This document shows, one piece after another, positions 51,899-64,000 of a stretch of DNA of 64,000 nucleotides. Made by a program: the position numbers and the translations under genes. Under the pieces are notes generated by a model. That model did not search any database, had not been told where the DNA came from, and saw only the letters and a list, made by a program, of their open reading frames with translations. The DNA lies in NCBI GenBank assembly GCA_013265495.1, contig MU058463.1:1945523-2009522 (forward strand), in the 5' to 3' direction. The number at the start of each line of letters is the position of its first letter. Within the stretch, counting starts at the first letter, position 1. The stretch comes from Vicugna vicugna. Lineage: Eukaryota.

Positions 51899-52519
51899 AA
51901 AAAGAATTCCTTACCACTTGTAGACACTGGCCAGGAATTCCAGAAGCCAAAATTAGATACTGACTAAGTTAGAAATTTCTGAATCATGATTCCCATCAAA
52001 ATAACAAACTCACTAGGTCTCTTGTGTTAAAGATAAGGCACCTACTAGAAAAAAGAGGGCATCTTTACAGTTGGAATAGGACTGACTATCTACAAGAACC
52101 CTCCAACCCATTTGTAAATGCTCCTTATTTGCTAATTTCCTTCAAGACCTTCTCCTCATTATTGCCAATTGGGTGGCCAGCTCTGGACTGCAATGTGGCA
52201 ACCAAGTAAGGAAGAAGGAGTTATTCCCAGACAAAATGATAGCAATTCTCTAATTTGTATTTTTAAAATCTGGAGGAAGATAGTGTCGTACATTTTGAAG
52301 ATGTTTGACCAAAGAGGACAGAGCATCACTGTGGATTGGGTGGCAACCACCACTGATACAGGTGTAGCGACCATAGTGTCTGCACTCAGTGTGCTTACCT
52401 GGCCAGCTGGGTACAGTTCAAACCGGTCCCTGGGCTAGCTGACTCAAGCTAAGATGACACAGGCTGCCACTGGTCTAGCAAAAGGCCAGAAAATCCTGAT
52501 TTTTGTGTGAAAGAAGGTC

Positions 52520-54240
52520 TAAAAGGATTTAAAGGGCTTTGGGGCTGTTCTCAATTCCTCAGCTATGTTGGAATGCTCAGCCTCCTTTCTCACCAGTCCC
52601 TCAGGAGGGCCCAAAAGACACCCTCCTCCTTTACCATAAGGAAAAGACTGGGGAGGGAAGAAATCTAGCCTTTGAAACGTGCTTAGTCACTGGGTCTAGC
52701 AGGCTGGGACTGTTGTCGTACTGAGTTGAAATGGAGAAGAGAGGAAGTAGGAAGAAATGTGGGTATAATCATAAAAACAGGCAGAGTGCCTAATTTGGAA
52801 ATCAGATCTCAGAAAACGATCTGACCGGCAGATTTATCCTACTGTGGCTATTTAATCTCAGGGATGTAAGCACTAAGTTGATGGCCTTATGTGATAGGCA
52901 GACCCTTGAGTTGTGACAAACAGAGGCCCTCCTAAAGAGTCCTGGCATCTCCCCAGAATCAGACCCAAGTCATCCTCAGGCCCAGGGCAGCTTGAATAAG
53001 AGACGGGCTAGGTAGCTCCAAGGTATTGCGCTATTTTACCGTCACACTGTTACGCTGTGAGTCTTTCTCCTGTCCTCTACCCAGGTGACAAGGAAATCCT
53101 GAAAAACTGTGATTTCTTTTGGAAACTGCCTCTGAGGTGGCACTGACCTGGGGTCTCAGAATGAAACTTGTCGCAGGTTTCACTTGTGAGGCTCCCTGTC
53201 GGCTGGGTGCTAACGACCTGCTCCCCCTTGTCCTCGTGGCAGGAATAGGGAGACTCAGACACATCGTGTGACTGTTCCCCCTGTTTCCCAGGCTGTAGAT
53301 GAAATGGATATCCTCACTAACTGCCAGAACCCACACAGTGGCCTTTAACCCTTAAAGTAATGGCTTAGCGGAATTCAGCGGTTCAACTCCGCCCTACACA
53401 AAGAGTACATGAAGCAACACGACTTCCTGGAAGAAACTGAAGAGATTGGTGCAATTAAAAGGCCTCTAAATGGGTAGGCATGTCGCTCATCCGATTATCA
53501 CTGAATTGCCCAGTGTGGCCTGGCTTAGAGGGACATAGGCAGGCACTCGGTGAACGGAGAGTGCTGTGGAATGGAAGTTTTCTCCACGGGGAGCCCTGAA
53601 ATACAGTGAAGTACAGAGTAATCGTACATGGATATTTTATTCTCCTCTTTGCCTGGAAGATCAGGTCCAAGGGCATGAACTCCTTTGATTCCCAGGAAGT
53701 AGCTATTGACCTGGTTCCATGATCAAGAACTTGGAAAGAGGATCATTGGGAGTTGACGATAAGAAATGTTGGGGAAAGGATATGTGAACAGACTTCTTGG
53801 AATAGGTTCAAGGTGTGAAAATGTGGTATATCATGGCAAGTCTCTCTAGAACACATTCCCTGAAGAAGAAGGTCTAGCTGAGACAGAAGAGCCTAGGTAT
53901 TAATGTTCTCACCTTCTTTGTCTTTGAGTGTAGTGGGAGTCGAACATGTCCTGTGGTCATTCTCTGGTTTCTCAGTGTGAACACGATGGCCCATTTGCTC
54001 ATCCTCCTTCTCCAGGCAGCTTCTCAATGGAGCCCCAGGGAAGGAGGCCATAATGGGCTCTACCACACAAACATCCCATCACCAAGACGATAAGGCTGCT
54101 TCTACAGCCAACTGCCAACTGTCCACCAGGAAAATCATTGGGATCCCATGCTGCAGTTCAAGGACACCAGCCAGCAACCAGCCAGTGGCAGTTCCATTTC
54201 CCTGAACCCCTAAATTTCAGCAGTCTGTCTTTGTTGAAAC
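52520..54240 (+). mobile_element. ERVL-class internal remnant (gag C-terminal half, pol RNase H, integrase N-terminus), heavily decayed
   Basis: EGPKDT at 52605-52622; SRTWKEDHWE/DDKKCWGKDM* at 53723-53787, resembling ERVL SGTWKEHDWKIGDKEIWGRGMW; integrase-like segment at ~54040-54200. Confidence 0.7.
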
Positions 54241-54329
54241 AGATTAGTTTTTCAAGTTATGCTGCTGGAAGGCTTTTTCTTTCTCTCTCCTCTTTCTCTT
54301 TATTCCCATCCTATTAAATATATAGAATG

Positions 54330-54700
54330 CAATCATTCACTAAATTTAACAGTTATTCTGTATGTTGAAAAATACTGTAGTCTCATGATAGAACTAAAAG
54401 CAGAGTGAAACTTGATCTTTGCCTTGGTGAGCATCTGATGAGGTCAGGGAGATAAAACCAACACAAGAGAAAAAGAACATACAAAAGTGTATAAGCCTGC
54501 CGGAAAGATGCTTGTGAAATAATTGCTTCCAAAAGGAGAGTTAACTGAGTATCCGAGAACTCTACAAAGGGGCGATGGGTGGATGCAACAACCTGACCTT
54601 GATGGACAGAATGAAGCCGGACAGCAGCCATGGAGGGGAAGTTTCGAGAAGAAGGGATAAGCCAGGAGAAGTGAGGAGGATGCATCACTGATTGTGCTTA
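54330..54700 (-). mobile_element. L2 LINE fragment
   Basis: atcattcactaaattt...gatctttgccttggtgagcatc resembles the antisense L2 3' end. Confidence 0.45.
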
Positions 54701-55004
54701 GAACCAAGCTTCGGGTTGGCGATTTTCCACCTGGAGACAGACTCTAAGACTAGGAATGTCCCTATCTTTCCTTTGGGCAGGAAGCATGTTTGTAAAATCA
54801 CCATGTTGTCTGAAACATCCTCTTAATATACTTTAAAAACACATTCTTCTCTTTTCTGCACTTTAATACCACATAATCTATTTAAAATCCTCTAGATTCC
54901 TAAGGAAGATGTCTTTGTCACTCTCAGCTGCTAATACTCTTTCATAAAGGGGAGGTTCTATTCAAACGTGATAAAAATGCAAGAGAACAAACAATAGCGT
55001 TCTG

Positions 55005-55205
55005 CTTTCCATTGCATTTCCTTTCATCCAAAGTTCTTAAAGCACTTTGAAAATATTAATTATATCTCTGAATAGCTGTAATATAATGTAACTCTACCAT
55101 CATCTCTTTTTTTAACCAATAAGAATAAAGCACAGAGCAATATAACTATTGACTCTAGTGAATGAGGTCCCAGGATCCAGGCTAAGCGCCAGTACATCAC
55201 TTTAC
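55005..55205 (-). mobile_element. MIR/MIR3 fragment
   Basis: aaagcactttgaaaatattaat...aagaataaagcacagag. Confidence 0.45.
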
Positions 55206-57202
55206 AAACCAGGGCATGAAAAGGAAAAGAAACTAAGGATATAGTTCGTGCAGATTAAAAGAGGCAGATTCTTTTCTCCTTCTTAGAACACAGAAGAGCT
55301 ATTCAACCTTCAGTACTTTCTTCATCTGTGAAATAGGCATAACAACTCTGAATGACTGTGGAACGTGTATACATCACCGAGACACTTTGAGGGAGGGCAG
55401 AAAAGGAATCTTTCCTATTTTCCCAAATTATTTTTCTTTTGCTGACAAGCGCTTTTACCAACAAGACACATTTTGGCAAGATACGTTTTTCTCCAATAAA
55501 AGGAAATGAGCCTCATTTGCCTGAACTAGAAATACAAATGTTCTCTTTTGCTGGTACTTCTAGCTATAATTTTAAGTCAGCTCACACCCTCTAACCTCCA
55601 GGAGTATCGATACAGGATTTAAAGCCACAACTCCTCTACGGAAAGGTTCCCTTTGCATCTTGCGATCCTGAGCGTTTTAATCCAGCTTTGTTTATGGAGA
55701 TTTCTGGAATTTCCAGAACAGCATTTCACAGTTGGCAGCAGGCAGCAGGGTAGGTAAACTTTAAGCTATAACAGCATTTCCTCCCAGCAATTACAGTGTT
55801 AAATTATGAGCAAAGGAGTTTTCCCTTTAAAATCAAGAACTCTACCAAACTGCCCACTTAACTAAGGGCATTCAAATCCCTTGATGCCTTGGCTAATTCA
55901 CCTGCCCCCTTTTTTGACCTAAAATAAGCCATCTAATCCAAAACATGAGATTTTTGTCCTGGGCCAATGAAGCCACAATTTGTCACTCAGGTCATTTAGT
56001 GCCATATTTTGCCATAAGTCTCCCTAATGCAGTGCAAAGTCATGGTTATGACATTTAGGGTTTCTGGGTAGCCCATTTTAATGAGGAATAAATAATTTCT
56101 CCTGCTCAGCTAATACCTGTTGGTGTAGAAAGGTAATCCAAATGTCACTGCTCCATCTCGTGCTTGTAGGAAAAGAATAATGGGCAACATCTGCTTTGAA
56201 TATGTTCCTGGGGGAAAAGGCTCGAGGTCTTTCCTCTCACCAAGAATGATCTCTGAGAGCTGAGAGAGCCTGTGTACCTCCGACAGTAACGGTGTTACCA
56301 ACCAACCAACCAACCAACAAACCCAAACCAGGAAGTTCTGGGAGTAATAGGCTGCCCCATCATCACTGCTCACGTGTGTATGCATTTCCGCTCAGAAAGG
56401 TAGAAAAGCATCCAGAGTCGGAAACCGCATGCTACAAATGCGTTTATTGCCCCTCCTTAATAAACCATAGCAATATGAGCAGTTTTTAGGGATAGTTATG
56501 CTTCCTTCCAGCTTTAGCTTTGTGTGCAGACCTGGTCACAACACAGGCGGGATGCTCAAAAGTGGACGAATGGACAATCTAGCCTCTGTAAAGTACCCAG
56601 AGCCGCATCTCATCCAAGTTGCCTTTATGTCACGATGCTGGGGACATCGGGTCAGAGCCTGAGGCCCGCCCCCACCCACACACACCAGCTTGCTTCAGCG
56701 GAAATCAGCCTTTCCCTGTCTATCAGAAGGCTGAAGGCATGTTTTGATTTCTTGGCTTCTTTCTGTGCTGAGATACCTGGATATTTATTTTTTTTCTCCT
56801 TTTGGGAGCATATACCCAGATTTCTGTAGGTTCAGAAACCGAAAAATAAACTCAATCACAAAATGAAGGAATGTAACGTGATACTCTGTGGGCCTTTGAC
56901 ATCTGCTTTTTCCTGTTGTGTTTTTAATTTGGCCACTCCTCTGTAAAAACTTGCAATTGACCAATGTTTAACGCAAACAAATAAAAACAGGGCCTTCTTG
57001 TAAATGCTAAGTCACCAACTCTAAGGTCCAGCTCTCTTTAGGAAAAATGTGTGTTACCTAGCTAAGGAACATAGAGCTAAGGTTTTATGCTGGTATAAAA
57101 ACAGAGGAGTGAATACTTATTGAAGCTGATAAGAAATTAACAAGAAAAAAATGTAAAGAGCTTTGTTCTCTCCTCTTGAGGTTCCATTACTCATCGTGGA
57201 CC

Positions 57203-57500
57203 TGTATTAGTCAGGGTTATCTAGGTTAGGTCACAATGAAAACAAAAACAAAACAAAACCCCCTAAATCTCATTGGCGTGCACCAATAAGTTTACTTGTT
57301 TTGTTTTTTCAGTTTATTTTCTTTACATCACATTTGTGGTTCAGACGGCTGCCCTGTCTGCTTCCCAGGATCCAAGCTAACTTTCTGGTCCCTGTACTAA
57401 TAGAAAGTGCCACTAACACTTGCATCAGTAGGACCAGCAGGGTGGTGTGGGGACAGATCTTAGTGCCACTGGCTCCGTACTTAATCTTTTCTTGGGACAT
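57203..57500 (-). mobile_element. MaLR LTR fragment (MLT1J/I-like)
   Basis: tgtattagtcagggttatctaggtta...cccctaaatctcattggc...tttattttctttac...ccaggatccaagct. Confidence 0.65.
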
Positions 57501-58392
57501 GATGGTCAAATGAAGAACTTGCTTTTTCAGGCCGTCAGTGGAAAGTCATTCATAAAAAGTAAGTTTCCAAAAGTAATTGGGGAAAGGGTGGGGGAGGTGG
57601 TTGCTAATGATCTAATTAAAATACCGTTTCTTCTCTGATTACCTATGAATTTATCATGTGATCTTTTATTTGTATGTGGCCAATGCAAAACACCCACCAC
57701 TCCTTCATGTTTTACTTTTCTTTGGATCTTGCTTTTAGTTTTTATTTTTTAAATTTTTATCTTATTTTTTCTTTTCTTTTTTTTTCTGACAGGGTGTTTC
57801 TTATTGTTATATAATACAGTTATTGGTGTATTCTATTACATGTTATATGTTATTTATAATTATATATATTTATTTATATAAATATATGTGTTTCTAACGT
57901 GAGAAAAACATAGCATTTCTCTTTTCTAGCTTCCCAACGTTTCTCGTAACTTTTACTTATTTCTATTTTTATATGTTCCTAATTAACAACAAAAACAAAA
58001 AAAAAAAATCACATTTTCTTTAAACAGCCCCAAATCCCATGGCCTCTTCACATGAGCAAATGTAAAATTTTTTTCTAAAAAACAAATATGGACATTATTA
58101 AGTAAAAATGAGCATCATGGGGGGAAAATATGACATCACTGCAGCCTCATCTTGAACTGGGCTGTGTGCCCTTCATGGTCCATGTAGAATGCAGTGCATA
58201 CTCATGTTCAGAGATGTCTCTGACATTTTGAAGTTCTGTCCTTGTCTGTTCTGAGAAGGACCTGTGGACGAGCATCAGGACTCTTTACCATCATCTGGGC
58301 ACTGCACCAGGTGCCATCAAGTTAATCCACAGATGTTCCTGGTCTTTTGGTTCATTTGGTTGTTTTTGTTTTTGTTTTTTTCTCCTAATGAT

Positions 58393-58555
58393 GGCAACAT
58401 GCTGTAATGAACAGAACAAGAGCTGTGGTGTAAGGTGGGCCAGGGTTCAAAACTCTGCTCCATCACTAAGATACAGGTAGGTCACTCACCCACTCAGACT
58501 GTTTCTTCACCCGCAAAAAAAAGAGTAGCTATTGTGATTCAAAGGCACATTTATG
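58393..58555 (+). mobile_element. MIR fragment
   Basis: ccagggttcaaaactctgctccatcact...gtcactcacc...ctgtttcttcacccgcaaaa. Confidence 0.55.
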
Positions 58556-59679
58556 GATCTTATAAATCTTAAACTGAAATCTTATCATTTGAGTTTGAGA
58601 GCATCCTCATATATTTTCTGGAGTCCAAGCCCAGGTGTTCCCATACCACCTGAGCCAGTGCTGTCTCCATATCAATCTGAAGAACGTATTTTCAGAGCCT
58701 AGCTGTGACAATCCTGGGCACGTTGGAACCAACCATACGATGCTGGACAAAGTGTGGGAAATCTGATTTGAGAGGCACTGGGATGATAAAGGACGGCCAA
58801 AGACTGACATGCTTCACCAAGGCTTCTTTCCACTTGGTTAGCAACCAACTTCCTTATAAAGGGGAAGATGGTTGACTGATTCCCAGGTGAAATGGAATCA
58901 CCGCATTTCCCAGATCCTAGTCTATTCCAACCTAACCTGGCTCTGCATTGTCAACACTGACATCTCTAAACCTAAGTAGGGTCCATCCTGAGAGAAGATA
59001 CCAATGTGAGTGGGAACATAATGTCTGCCCCTCAAGTCTCCAGACTTGAGGAGACTATCACAGAATAGTAATCAAGGCTGCAGTGGGGGCATGGGAGAAC
59101 CTTGAATAAAGGCTGGAGGAAACGCTCTTCAGTTTGGAAGAGAGCTGAACAGAAAGTCCTTTTGGGAAAGAACTGAGGTAAAATCACTCCGTACAATTGC
59201 CCTGCTGTTGCAATGTTGTTTTCACTGGAATTCAACTTCTGTTTCAGTTAATGGTTCTGAGCATGAGAATTGGCTCAAGTTTGGAAATTCAGAGATATTG
59301 ACTTCATTAGAGGCCACTGCTCTCAGTCTCCTTCCTCCTGGTCCCCATTCTCCCATGCATTTTTTGCTTTTCTTTTTTTTTAACATGAGTTGAGTAATAT
59401 CCTTGTCTGCCTATCTATCTTGCCCCTAGAAAAGCATAGTGTTTTTTTAATCATTTCCATAACTCACTGCCCCTGGGTGCCACTTTGACCTTGACACTCA
59501 TTTTGAAAATTGTAGTCACTTTGCTGCTGACAGTTAAGCAAGCACAGCAGCCTGGCTTTTATTACACTGGAATCTTTTTATCCTCATTGCTCCCAGAGTT
59601 CTGTTCTGTAACAGTACCTCCTACCACATCTCCCTATCCTTGGCTTATGGAGGACAGTCGTCCCTGATCTTTACAGCAA

Positions 59680-60600
59680 TACTTCCCAGTGTCCTCTGGG
59701 GCCTCCCGGGTAACTCAGTGAGCTGGTGGGTATCCGGTCCTTGTACAGCATATCCACTCCTCCATGCCCATCTCTCTGCCACTCTCTGCTATGGTAGTTC
59801 AGGCATTTCTACTTGAGTTAGTGTGTGCCATTGCTTTTTCAAAGCTTTTAAGAGCCATTCTATTAGTGTGTTAGCACATCTCTCAGAGACTTTGCTTGGG
59901 GGTTTAATCTGTATGGTGGTAGAGTGCTCCTATATTGATACATTATTCTGTCTATTTTTATGTCCCTCCCTCCATGATCCAAGTCCCTCAGAATCTAGGC
60001 CCACTTGGATCTTGATTATACATGATAGCATAGAGCTTCTTTTCTTCCTTTGCAGGCCCAACTCTCGCTCAGTTATTGGTCGAGGACGAGGGGGACAACT
60101 GGTAGAGCCTGTGGGGGGCTGCCACGATGTCTTAAAGGGCAGAAGCCTCTGCATCTTTTTCAAGCAATGAGGGGAGTATTAGCCTTTAACAGGGAGGGAT
60201 GACTAGTCCTTCAGTCCCAGAAGGCACAGGGGAATCGTGGGGCTCGAGGTTCTTTGAGTGTATCAACCCAGATTTCCCTCTCCTGGTATCAGGACGTCTT
60301 TCCACCCAGTCAGAGCACTGACCACAGCATCGCAGACTCGGCCCAAGTGAGAACTTAACTTCTCTAGAGTTGGACCTGATCCTTAGCTCTTTTTTTTTTT
60401 TTTAATTTTGAGTTACAAAAAGTGAGTCTCTGTACACACCAAGTGTTTTAGACTTCATCTTAAATGCACAATTAATCACCCTCAGCTTTTGTCTTTCCTT
60501 GATGCATCACTAGCAACTGGCCAGAGCCATCTGATTCTACAATCTTTATAAATTCCTCTTTAACCCAAACCTCTCACATCTTCAAAATCCCTCTTTAGAG
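59680..60600 (-). mobile_element. ERVL (ERV3-16A3-like) internal remnant: leader and gag N-terminal half
   Basis: minus-strand EWLLKALKKQWHTLTQVEMPELP (59860-59792) and EAPEDT (59705-59688) resemble ERVL gag. Confidence 0.75.
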
Positions 60601-60614
60601 TTCACTCCTCTGAT

Positions 60615-60802
60615 CATTTCAAGTGTTGGTTTCCTGAGAAATAAACACTGATGCAGAAATTTCATGCAGAGGGTTTATTGAAAGAGCTTTTGGGAACAAC
60701 ACCTATCAGGGAGTAAGAGAAGTAGTTTTGAGCAGAGGGGGAAGCTGGAGTGGGATGGTTTCAACAGAATCTTAGTAAGTCCTGTGAGTAGCTCAGGAGC
60801 CA
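60615..60802 (-). mobile_element. LTR16-like ERVL LTR, 5' LTR of the adjacent gag remnant, cut off by L1
   Basis: tttattgaaagagc...acctatcagggagtaagagaagtag...gggaagctg...agctcaggagc resembles reverse LTR16. Confidence 0.65.
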
Positions 60803-60810
60803 CGCATTTC

Positions 60811-63150
60811 AAAAACAATACTCCTTGGTTGGAGACTTCAATGCCCCACTTCCAATAATGAATAGAACATCTGGGCAGGAAGTCAACAAGGAAATAGAAG
60901 ACTTGAACAACACTATAAAACAACTAGATCTAACAGACATCTTTCAATCTATAAAAAAACATCTATAGAACTCCTCCTCAAGTGAGCATGGAACCTTTTC
61001 CAGGATAGATCATATGAGAGGCTATAAAACAAGCTTCAATAAATGTAAAAGGATTGAAATAATACAAAGTATGCTCTGTTATCACAACGAAATAATATGA
61101 GAAGTAAATAACAGAAATTAAGGAAACACACAAATATGTGGAAATTAAACAGTACACTCTTAAGTAAACAACATGTCAAAGAAATCAAAAGAAAAATTAA
61201 AAAATACTTTGAATTGAATTACAATGAAGATACAGCATGCCAAAAAAAACTTATGAGATGCAGCTAAAAGAGTTCTTAGAGGGAAATATATACCTGTAAA
61301 TGCTTATGCTAAAAAGGATGAAAACCTCAAATCAATAACCTAACCTCACATTTTAAGACACTGGAAAAAGAAAAGCAAACTAAATTTAAAGCAAGCAAAA
61401 GGAAGGAAATCATTAAAGATTATAATGGAAATTAACAAAACAGAGAATTGAAAACAGTAGAAAAATCAATTAACTCAAAAGCTGGTTCTTTGAATAGGTC
61501 AGTAAAACTGATAACTAACTGGATTGATCAAGATAAAAAGAGAGCTTAATTACACTCAAATTACTAAAATCAAAAGTGAAAGAAAGGCTTGTCATCGATA
61601 TTACAGGAATAAGAAAGAATTATAAAAGCATACTATGAATAATTATATACCAATAAATTAGAAAACTTCGATGAAGTAGACCAGTTCCTAGGAAGACACA
61701 AGCTACCAAAACTGACTCAAGAAGAAGTAGATAATCTGAATAGATTTATAACAAGCAAAGAGACTGAATGAGTAATCAAAAACCTTTCCATAAAGAAAAG
61801 CCCAAGGACAGATGGCTTCACTGGCTAATTCTACCATACATTTAAGGAGGAACTAATATCAATTTCTCACAAATTCTTCCCCAAAAAATTAAAGAGGAGG
61901 AAACACTTTCTAAGTCCTTTTATGAGGCAGGATTACCCTAATACCAAAACCAGACAAAGGTACTACAAGAAAACTACATGGCCATTTCTTTTATGAATAT
62001 GGACACAGAAATCCTTAGTAAAATACTAGCAAGTTAAACCCAGCAACATATTTAAAAAAAAAAAATTTACACTCTGACTAGACGAGATTTGTACCAGGAA
62101 TGCAACATTGGTTTAACATCTGAAAATCAGTTGATGTAATGTACTGTATCAATAGAATGGAAAACAAATCTACATAATGATTTCAATAGATGAAGAAAAA
62201 TCCTTTGACAAAATCCAACTCCCTTTCATGATGAAAACTCTCAACTAGCTAGAAATAGAATGGAACTTCCTCAACTTGACAAAGGGCATATAGGAAAAAC
62301 CCAGAGTTAACACCATACTTCATAGTGAAAGACTGGATCCTTTCCCCGAAGACCATGAAGAAGACAAGATGCCCGCTCTCACCACTGCTATTCAACTTTG
62401 TATTCGTGGTTCTAGCCAGGGCGATTCGGCAAGAAAAAGAAATAAGAGCATCTAGATTAGAAAGGGAGAGGTAAAACCACCTCTATTTGCAGTTGACATG
62501 TTCTTGCACAAAGAAAATCCTGAAGAATCCATTTAAACACTAGTAGAACTAACAAACGAGTTTGGTAAGTTTGCAGGATGCAAGATCAAGATACAAAAAT
62601 CAATTGTATTTCTACAGACCAGCGGTAAACAATTCAAAAATGAAATTTAAAAGACAATTCCATTTACAAAAACATCAACAAGAATAAAATACCCAGGAAT
62701 ACATTTAACAAAGAATTTCAACACTTATACCCTGAGAACTACAAATATTATTGAAAGAAATTGTGAAAGATCAAAATGCATGGAAAAATGCCAAATGTTT
62801 ATAGATGGGCAGACTTAATATCATTCAGACGGCAGTACTCCCCAGTTTGTCTGTAGATTCAGTTCAATCTCTGTCAGAATCCCAGCTAGGGTTTTTGTAG
62901 AATTTGAAAAGCTGATTCCAAAATTTTTATGTAATTGCAAGGGACCCAGAAGAGCCAAAGTAGTTTTGGCTTTGGAAACAGCAGAATAAAGTTGGAGGAC
63001 ACACACTTGTTAATGTCAAAACATCATGCAAAGCAACGATAATCAAGACAGTGTGGTACTGACAGAAAGAGAGACACAGATCAGTGGAATAGAACTGAGA
63101 ATTCAGAAATAAAGCCATGTGCTTATGGTCAACTGAATGGTGCCAAGACC
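60811..63150 (+). mobile_element. L1 LINE ORF2 fragment (endonuclease to RT), decayed and truncated at both ends
   Basis: GDFNAPL near 60831, aaaagctggttctttgaa, aaaagcccaaggacagatggcttcact, RT motif FAVDM (for FADDM) at 62486-62500; many stops and frameshifts. Confidence 0.95.
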
Positions 63151-64000
63151 AGATAAGGAGATGCAAAAGAACAAATCTGCACTATATGGTATAAAATAGG
63201 TCAAGCAATAGACCAGCTATGGGCTCAGGTTCATTTGGAATTCCAGCGGGACATTCTAAGATGGCAAAGTGTCCCAGCTGTGACTCGAGTTGGGAAACTT
63301 TTTCTACGTGGCCAGCACTCAAGCCTGATCACTGGCCAGAAATACTAGTTGTTTCGGTTTTGCAGAGGCAAAGGATAATGCTTTCCATTTGGCCTTCTGG
63401 GTTGCGAAGAGAGCAATTCTCACTTCGGCATCAGTATATGTGAAGTGAGAATCCTCGAAGAACAAAGGGATGGCAGGTAGAGCTCGAATCTTCCTGACGG
63501 TAAAAGAAAGAACCAGGCTCTTTCTTCCCTGGTCCCTGAGTTAACTAAGCCCTAACTAACAAGAAAAAAGCGCTTCCCCTTTCAGAATCATGGCCTTGGC
63601 TTGCTTTTGGCCTTAGCAAAACTTTATCTTTCTAGAATCAGAAGGCAGGGCTGGTGCAGGCTCTCAGCCCCTCAGCTGAGGCTCTGGGTCAGAGAAGTCT
63701 CTTGTTTTGATCAGCAAAAGAGCTATCTTTCTTCTGCTGTTAACCATGATTCATTGGCATTGTATAAAATCAATATTGTTTTTAACACATGATATTTAGG
63801 AAACAAAATAAAGAGAAGGATCAAATCATGCAGAGAGACAGAAAGTAATTTTTACTTAAAATTCTCAATAGTCACACCACTTTCCCTGGGAGTGTCAAAT
63901 TCTAAGGGCCACTTCATTATTTTCCGAGGTAGAAAATGACAGCAGCCTGTTTGAGGAGAAAAAGAGAACAAACTACACAAATATGTCACCTCCCCTGTCC

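Noticed and set aside
60811..63150. L1 ORF2 as an active or domesticated reverse transcriptase
   Set aside because: Numerous stops and frameshifts, and the catalytic FADD motif reads FAVD
1..64000. CRISPR arrays, operons or other prokaryotic systems
   Set aside because: The sequence is clearly mammalian, with no repeat-spacer arrays or dense coding regions

Overview
Mammalian genomic DNA, AT-rich and CpG-poor, most likely from a camelid (camel, alpaca or llama). The main clue is four tRNA-derived SINEs matching the camelid Vic-1 type, plus a cetartiodactyl-style L1 3' stub. I recognise no known protein-coding gene, and the six-frame ORFs are mostly chance or repeat-derived. The window reads as intronic or gene-desert sequence packed with old interspersed repeats: MIR, L2, L3/CR1, L1, MaLR LTRs (MLT1), ERVL LTRs and internal remnants, and hAT DNA transposons. 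Repeat-free, homeodomain/E-box-rich blocks lie between them. Three leads stand out. (1) Three minus-strand exon candidates (14638-14540, 12549-12508, 9360-9298) splice in phase 0 into an open frame that starts with a signal-peptide-like sequence. (2) Two oppositely oriented ERVL remnants join at the same gag position, as if split by a ~7 kb inversion. (3) A CpG-rich L2/ERVL-LTR junction carries a consensus splice donor. Repeat family names come from my recall of consensus sequences, not from a search, and boundaries are approximate.
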